The notes below the pieces were generated by a model, which saw nothing but the letters and a program-made list of their open reading frames with translations, had not been told where the DNA came from and made no database searches. From contig NC_019977.1 of NCBI RefSeq assembly GCF_000328665.1, positions 868,001-932,000 of the forward strand: 64,000 nucleotides of DNA, given 5' to 3'. The number at the start of each line of letters is the position of its first letter. Position 1 is the first letter of the stretch. Of the stretch, positions 58,978 through 64,000 are shown piece after piece. This stretch comes from Methanomethylovorans hollandica DSM 15978. GTDB taxonomy: Archaea > Halobacteriota > Methanosarcinia > Methanosarcinales > Methanosarcinaceae. A program made the position numbers and the translations under genes.

Positions 58978-59958
58978 TTATCGTAGATCTGTAATTCTTT
59001 CCATCATCCTGGCTGCAGCATAGGCAGGAAATACGTCAGATATCTCTTTTTCCCATTTCTCAGCCACGGAAATGCACTCCATTCCAAGTCTTTCCGCAGC
59101 TTCGATTATCATGAATTCCCCAACGCCTGCAGCAACTACTCTGCATATATCATGTTCCTTGGATACAGTAGATATCGCCTCAGCAAGCAGTTTTATCTGC
59201 TTTTCCTTTACCTGACGTGCAATTTGTATTATTTCATTCTCTGATATCTCTTCCAGGTCCGCACATACAAGCCTTGCAAGTCTTCTCATGGTTTCAAGCC
59301 TGCTTTTTCCCGCCCCATCTGCAGTCGTACAGGTATATGCTTCCGGAATGATATCTCCAAGCAGCAGATAAACATCACCTGTTGTAGCGAAGAGTTCAGA
59401 GGAAACTCTGCATATACCCTGTTCCAGTTCAACTTTGTCTACCAGAGTAGCAACATTGGTACGCAATGTACCCATATACACCAGTTCACTTGCAAGCAAT
59501 CTCTTAAAATCGGTTTTTGATGCCACATGTTTTGAACTGATTATAGGGATTATATCGCTTGTAGTACTTCCAACATCCACGAAGATGCAATCCCCTATCT
59601 CCTCGCCGATCAGTCTTGAAGAAGCTGCCCAGTTTGCTGCAGCAAGGTTACGCAGATCATCACCCTGTTTAAAAATATCGCCATTGGTATCTATGTAAGA
59701 CACCTCGCACCCAAATGCATCTTCTGTAGCCCGCATGATAAATTTAAGTCCATGCACCTTGTCTTCAAAGCAATCGGCAAGTTCGCCAGTTATGACCACT
59801 CCGAGGATATCGGGTTTAATCCTTTTAGCTATATCTTGAAGTGTTTGTGGAAGGGTAGTATCTTTCCACAGTGGCAGATAGTGTATTTCTACTGTAGTGC
59901 CATCAGAAGTAGCTATTTTTGTATTTGCCCCCCCTATGTCTATTCCAAGGCATTTCAT
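58978..59958 (-). CDS. mfnF: Methanofuran biosynthesis coupling enzyme (hydantoinase A-like)
   Basis: GIDIGGANTK, TGELADCF, AANW, DVGSTTSDIIP, ELVY.G.LRT. Confidence 0.83.
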   Translation of the reverse strand: MKCLGIDIGGANTKIATSDGTTVEIHYLPLWKDTTLPQTLQDIAKRIKPDILGVVITGELADCFEDKVHGLKFIMRATEDAFGCEVSYIDTNGDIFKQGDDLRNLAAANWAASSRLIGEEIGDCIFVDVGSTTSDIIPIISSKHVASKTDFKRLLASELVYMGTLRTNVATLVDKVELEQGICRVSSELFATTGDVYLLLGDIIPEAYTCTTADGAGKSRLETMRRLARLVCADLEEISENEIIQIARQVKEKQIKLLAEAISTVSKEHDICRVVAAGVGEFMIIEAAERLGMECISVAEKWEKEISDVFPAYAAARMMERITDLR

Positions 59959-60872
59959 TTGAAATCCTCCTTTGTAAAGGAGTATTCTGCAGCCATGTAT
60001 ACAAAATCAGGTAATTCTCCTAGCCTGTTCTTAAGCAGCAGGTCAGCGATCTCTACATCCATTACCTTGCATATCCCATAAACCGATGTGGTTGGCCTGG
60101 GGTTCACATCTACCACATATGGTGTTCCATCATACACTATGTCCACACCTGTATAACCTCTGCACCCTAATACCTTAGAAGCTTCCACGGCTGCTTTGAA
60201 GAGCTCCTCTTTGTAAGGAGGTGAAAAACAAACTGTATTACCTTTGTATTCAATATGGAGCCCAGAAGGATCATTAACATCCATGAATTCAATAAGTTGT
60301 TTGTTAGCACAAAGTGGTAATGTTTTTTCTCCTGCTATAAGACTCACACTTAGATGTTCCCCGTTTATGAACTCAGTTGCAATGGACCCAGCAGGCACCT
60401 CGGCATCTTGAGTGAGATATGTTGCTTCAGAGGCGCATCCGAATCTGGGTTTTACCACACATTTCGCTTCAGATCCATTTTCAAGGATGCGAGGAGCAGC
60501 TATATTGTGCCTGAGCAGCGCTTCAGTGCATTTTACTTTATCTGCACATAAAGCAATTGCTTCAGGTGTGGAACCCAGGTTAAGCGTGTTCATCTCTATG
60601 AGATCAGTAAGCTCCGCCAGGATCTCATCAGGCCCTATCACAAGTCCGGCATCACTTTTTTTTGCTTCAGCTTCTATGATCATTCTGAAATTGTCTTCAG
60701 TTGAAACGATGGCATTTCCCCTAGGTAATAGAGGACCTGAGGTCAAATATGTAACTTCATGACCCAGCCTTGCGAAACTGCTGACAAGGGTTTTAAGCAT
60801 AGACCTGCCTTCAAGGAAAAAAGTACCACCCATGCCTGTACCCATTGCATATTCTGCAAGTAGTATCTTCAT
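59955..60872 (-). CDS. mfnD: ATP-grasp tyramine-L-glutamate ligase
   Basis: EG..ML, KP..GC, G.H.SVS, GY.GVD, VDVNPRPTTS. Confidence 0.83.
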   Translation of the reverse strand: MKILLAEYAMGTGMGGTFFLEGRSMLKTLVSSFARLGHEVTYLTSGPLLPRGNAIVSTEDNFRMIIEAEAKKSDAGLVIGPDEILAELTDLIEMNTLNLGSTPEAIALCADKVKCTEALLRHNIAAPRILENGSEAKCVVKPRFGCASEATYLTQDAEVPAGSIATEFINGEHLSVSLIAGEKTLPLCANKQLIEFMDVNDPSGLHIEYKGNTVCFSPPYKEELFKAAVEASKVLGCRGYTGVDIVYDGTPYVVDVNPRPTTSVYGICKVMDVEIADLLLKNRLGELPDFVYMAAEYSFTKEDFK

Positions 60873-60977
60873 GAAAGGTCCAATCGTTTTATTAGATATA
60901 TTACTAGCGAGTAAGAAATTGGTGTAATTATTCGATAATCAATAAATACTATCATTCACATCTTGGCTATCCAAGGG

Positions 60978-61394
60978 ATGAATATGGGAATATTATCTGA
61001 AAATCCGTTTGCACAGGCCATAGCAATATCCACTTCCATGGCACTGTTCATGATAGGTGTTGCAATGGGTATTATGACAATGCTCAGTACAAAGTCTACA
61101 CCTCTTCCTTTTGCTGTGATACTTTTGATCTTTGCTGTCATATTCATTGCATCATCTGTATTTTTTGAGAATAGAGGTGCTGATCACGTAGGCTCACTTA
61201 TGGGCGGGGGCATAGCAGGATTTGCTGTAACATTTGCTATAATCGCTTTTTTCACAGGCATATCCTTCGCTGCCCAGGGAGGCATACAGGGAATAGGATG
61301 GGAAAGAATGGTATCGGCTCTCGCCATTTGCATGATCTCAAGCATGCTGATAATAAAAGCCGTGAAGTATAAGATAAGCGGGCAATATCTCTAA
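60978..61394 (+). CDS. Four-TM membrane protein upstream of grpE
   Basis: Four hydrophobic segments; function not recognised. Confidence 0.7.
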   Translation: MNMGILSENPFAQAIAISTSMALFMIGVAMGIMTMLSTKSTPLPFAVILLIFAVIFIASSVFFENRGADHVGSLMGGGIAGFAVTFAIIAFFTGISFAAQGGIQGIGWERMVSALAICMISSMLIIKAVKYKISGQYL

Positions 61395-61506
61395 ATCCTG
61401 TATTCTTCTTTTTGGAGATGTACACCTGCCAAAAAGTATTTATAGAATATCAAACAATCATAAGCATTGTAGACACACAACCGTACACTAAAAGAGGAAT
61501 GTAAAG

Positions 61507-62091
61507 ATGGACGAAGGATTGGGAAACACCGAAGAAATGAAACCCAAAACCAGTGATAATGATGTGAAGGATGATGTGTCAGTTACGAATGACGCGCCAT
61601 CTTTGGAGGATCAGCTGCGTATGAGAGACGAAGAGGTAGCACAGATAAAGGACAGGCTCTTACGTCTGACCGCAGAGTTCGATAACTTCAGGAAACGCAC
61701 AGCACGAGAAAAAGAAGAGTTCCGTAAATTTGCTTCAGAGGAGCTTCTTCTTGAACTTGTTGAAGTTTATGATAACTTTGAACGTGCCCTGGAATCTGCA
61801 AAGAACACAGATGATGTTAGCTCCGTAGTGAAAGGTGTGGAAATGGTCTTCAAGCAGTTCGTTTCCATCCTGGAGAAAGAAGGTCTTCAAAAGATGGAAT
61901 GTGTGGGTACGGAATTCAATCCCCATGAACATGAGGCCATGATGCATATAGAGCATCCTGATCATGAAGAAAATACCATTGTAGAAGTATACAGACCTGG
62001 ATATTATCTTCATTCCAGAGTGCTGAGGCCCGCTGCTGTGACTGTGTCAAAGCTTCCCGAACTGTCGCTGGAAGATAAGGATTGCAAGTAA
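61507..62091 (+). CDS. grpE: Nucleotide exchange factor GrpE
   Basis: AEFDNFRKR, DNFERAL, FNP..HEA, GY....VLRPA.V.V. Confidence 0.97.
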   Translation: MDEGLGNTEEMKPKTSDNDVKDDVSVTNDAPSLEDQLRMRDEEVAQIKDRLLRLTAEFDNFRKRTAREKEEFRKFASEELLLELVEVYDNFERALESAKNTDDVSSVVKGVEMVFKQFVSILEKEGLQKMECVGTEFNPHEHEAMMHIEHPDHEENTIVEVYRPGYYLHSRVLRPAAVTVSKLPELSLEDKDCK

Positions 62092-62182
62092 GGCGCATCG
62101 TATTGCGCGACGACCGTACGCACAAAGTCACAAATATTTAGTTATAACAGAATGATCTTATAAAGATTTGAGAGGTAATAAT

Positions 62183-64000
62183 ATGGCAAAGATATTGGGT
62201 ATTGACCTTGGAACTACAAATTCCTGTATGGCTGTAATCGAAGGTGGAGAGCCAACTGTCATCCCGAATGCAGAAGGAGGGAGGACAACACCTTCTGTAG
62301 TAGGTTTTTCCAAGAAAGGGGAGAAACTTGTGGGGCAGGTTGCCAAGAGGCAGATGATTACAAACGCAGATAATACTGTGTATTCCATTAAAAGACACAT
62401 GGGAGAGGCCGGATATAAGGTAGCCCTCAACGGGAAGGACTATACCCCGCAGGAAATATCTGCCATGATCCTGCGTAAAATGAAGGAAGACGCTGAGGCG
62501 TATCTGGGAGAGACCATCACACAGGCTGTCATTACAGTTCCTGCTTACTTCAATGACGCTCAGAGGCAGGCCACCAAAGACGCGGGTGCCATTGCAGGTC
62601 TGGAAGTGATGAGGATCATCAATGAACCTACTGCAGCATCACTTGCATATGGTCTGGACAAGACAGAAGGAGAACACAAGATCCTTGTATATGATCTGGG
62701 GGGAGGTACCTTTGATGTATCTATCCTGGAGCTGGGAGAAGGTGTGTTCGAAGTTCTTTCCACAAGCGGGGATACTCAACTTGGTGGAGATGACTTTGAC
62801 CAGAGGATAGTAGATTATTTTGTTGAACAATTCAATAAAAATGAGGGTATTGATCTCTCCAAGGACAGAGCAGCATTGCAGCGTCTGAGGGATGCTGCAG
62901 AGAAAGCAAAAATCGAGCTTTCTGGTATACCTTCCACCAACGTCAACCTTCCTTTCATCACGGCAGATGCCAACGGGCAGCCAAAGCACATTGATATAGA
63001 TATCACAAGGGCTCAGTTCGAAAAGATGACTGCCGACTTACTGGACAGGACTCTGGTTTCAGTAAGAAGGGCACTTGAAGATGCAAAGCTTAACCCCCAG
63101 GATATCGAGAAGGTGCTGCTGATAGGCGGTTCTACAAGAATGCCTGCAGTGTACGAAGCTGTAAAGAAGATATTCGGCAAAGACCCGTACAAAAATATCA
63201 ACCCGGATGAAGCCGTAGCAGTCGGTGCTGCCGTGCAGGCAGGTGTGCTTACAGGCGAAGTGCACGATGTGTTGCTGCTGGATGTCACACCCCTTACCCT
63301 CGGTATAGAAACCCTGGGTGGCGTGGCAACTCCGCTCATAGAGCGTAACACGACCATACCTGTGAGAAAAAGCCAAATATTCTCTACAGCTGCTGACAGT
63401 CAGCCATCCGTGGAGATCCATGTGCTGCAGGGTGAGAGAGGTATAGCTTCTGCGAATAAGACCCTGGGACGATTCATCCTGGATGGTATCCCGCCAGCTC
63501 CAAGAGGGATTCCCCAGGTAGAAGTTACCTTTGACATAGATGCAAATGGTATACTTCATGTCAAGGCAAAGGACCTGGGTACGGGCAAGGAACAGTCCAT
63601 ATCTATCCAGAAGCCAGGCGGCCTGTCTGATGAAGAGATCAACAAGATGGTAAAGGATGCGGAACTTCATGCTGAGGAGGATCGTAAGCGTAAGGAGCAG
63701 ATAGAGGTAAAGAACACTGGAGAATCCCTGGTGAACGCAGCCGAGAAGACCCTCAAGGAAGCAGGGGATTCTGTGACTGCAGATCAGAGGTCAAAAGTGG
63801 AAAGTGCCATCTCCGAACTTAAGGACGCTCTTCAGAAAGATGATGTTGAAGATATCAAGTCCAAGACAGAAGCTCTTCAAACTGCTATCTATGATATATC
63901 AGCTGCTATGTATCAAAAAGCACAGCAAGAAGCTGCTTCCGGGGCCGGGGCTTCTGAAGGTGCAGCTCCAAAGTCGGATTCCGGCGATGAAGTGGAAGAT
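62183..64000 (+). CDS. dnaK: Chaperone DnaK (Hsp70), runs off the window end
   Basis: Manual translation [49 protein letters not shown]; no stop before 64000. Confidence 0.98.
   Translation, partial: MAKILGIDLGTTNSCMAVIEGGEPTVIPNAEGGRTTPSVVGFSKKGEKLVGQVAKRQMITNADNTVYSIKRHMGEAGYKVALNGKDYTPQEISAMILRKMKEDAEAYLGETITQAVITVPAYFNDAQRQATKDAGAIAGLEVMRIINEPTAASLAYGLDKTEGEHKILVYDLGGGTFDVSILELGEGVFEVLSTSGDTQLGGDDFDQRIVDYFVEQFNKNEGIDLSKDRAALQRLRDAAEKAKIELSGIPSTNVNLPFITADANGQPKHIDIDITRAQFEKMTADLLDRTLVSVRRALEDAKLNPQDIEKVLLIGGSTRMPAVYEAVKKIFGKDPYKNINPDEAVAVGAAVQAGVLTGEVHDVLLLDVTPLTLGIETLGGVATPLIERNTTIPVRKSQIFSTAADSQPSVEIHVLQGERGIASANKTLGRFILDGIPPAPRGIPQVEVTFDIDANGILHVKAKDLGTGKEQSISIQKPGGLSDEEINKMVKDAELHAEEDRKRKEQIEVKNTGESLVNAAEKTLKEAGDSVTADQRSKVESAISELKDALQKDDVEDIKSKTEALQTAIYDISAAMYQKAQQEAASGAGASEGAAPKSDSGDEVED

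Noticed and set aside
62138..63670. Several minus-strand ORFs up to 203 aa
   Set aside because: Antisense to dnaK, a well-known source of spurious ORFs

Overview
Archaeal chromosome segment, about 40-45% GC by eye. The gene content (methanofuran and coenzyme B biosynthesis, an MtrA paralog, archaellins, archaeal riboflavin synthase, grpE-dnaK) points to a Methanosarcinaceae methanogen; the genus cannot be fixed from sequence alone. Order: 3' end of ftsY; trpC-pspC-trpB-trpA; four archaellin genes in two tandem pairs split by a membrane-protein/winged-helix pair; then a co-oriented ~11 kb cluster encoding two surface proteins, a Zn-dependent HDAC-family deacetylase, two paralogous GNAT acetyltransferases, a CheF-like adaptor, a V4R protein, an Sm-like protein, a KaiC/RAD55 ATPase, a Roadblock protein and a coiled-coil protein. 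This cluster is the best candidate for an undescribed system: an acetylation-based signalling module linked to archaellins, with signs of decay. Housekeeping genes follow (aksA, NAD kinase, IMPase/FBPase, gap), then a ~15.5 kb arsenic/organoarsenical island (2 Acr3, several ArsP-type permeases, ArsE/F/G-like proteins, 2 ArsR, repeated TCAA-N6-TTGA operators, and a soluble MtrA-like corrinoid protein). The rest holds riboflavin/FAD genes, homocysteine/sulfur assimilation genes, Trx/TrxR, maf, tRNA-Ala(CGC), EF-1beta, mfnEFD, grpE and partial dnaK. A ~213 bp MITE-like element occurs three times. No CRISPR array, rRNA or transposase was seen. All family calls are from motif recognition; no database search was run.
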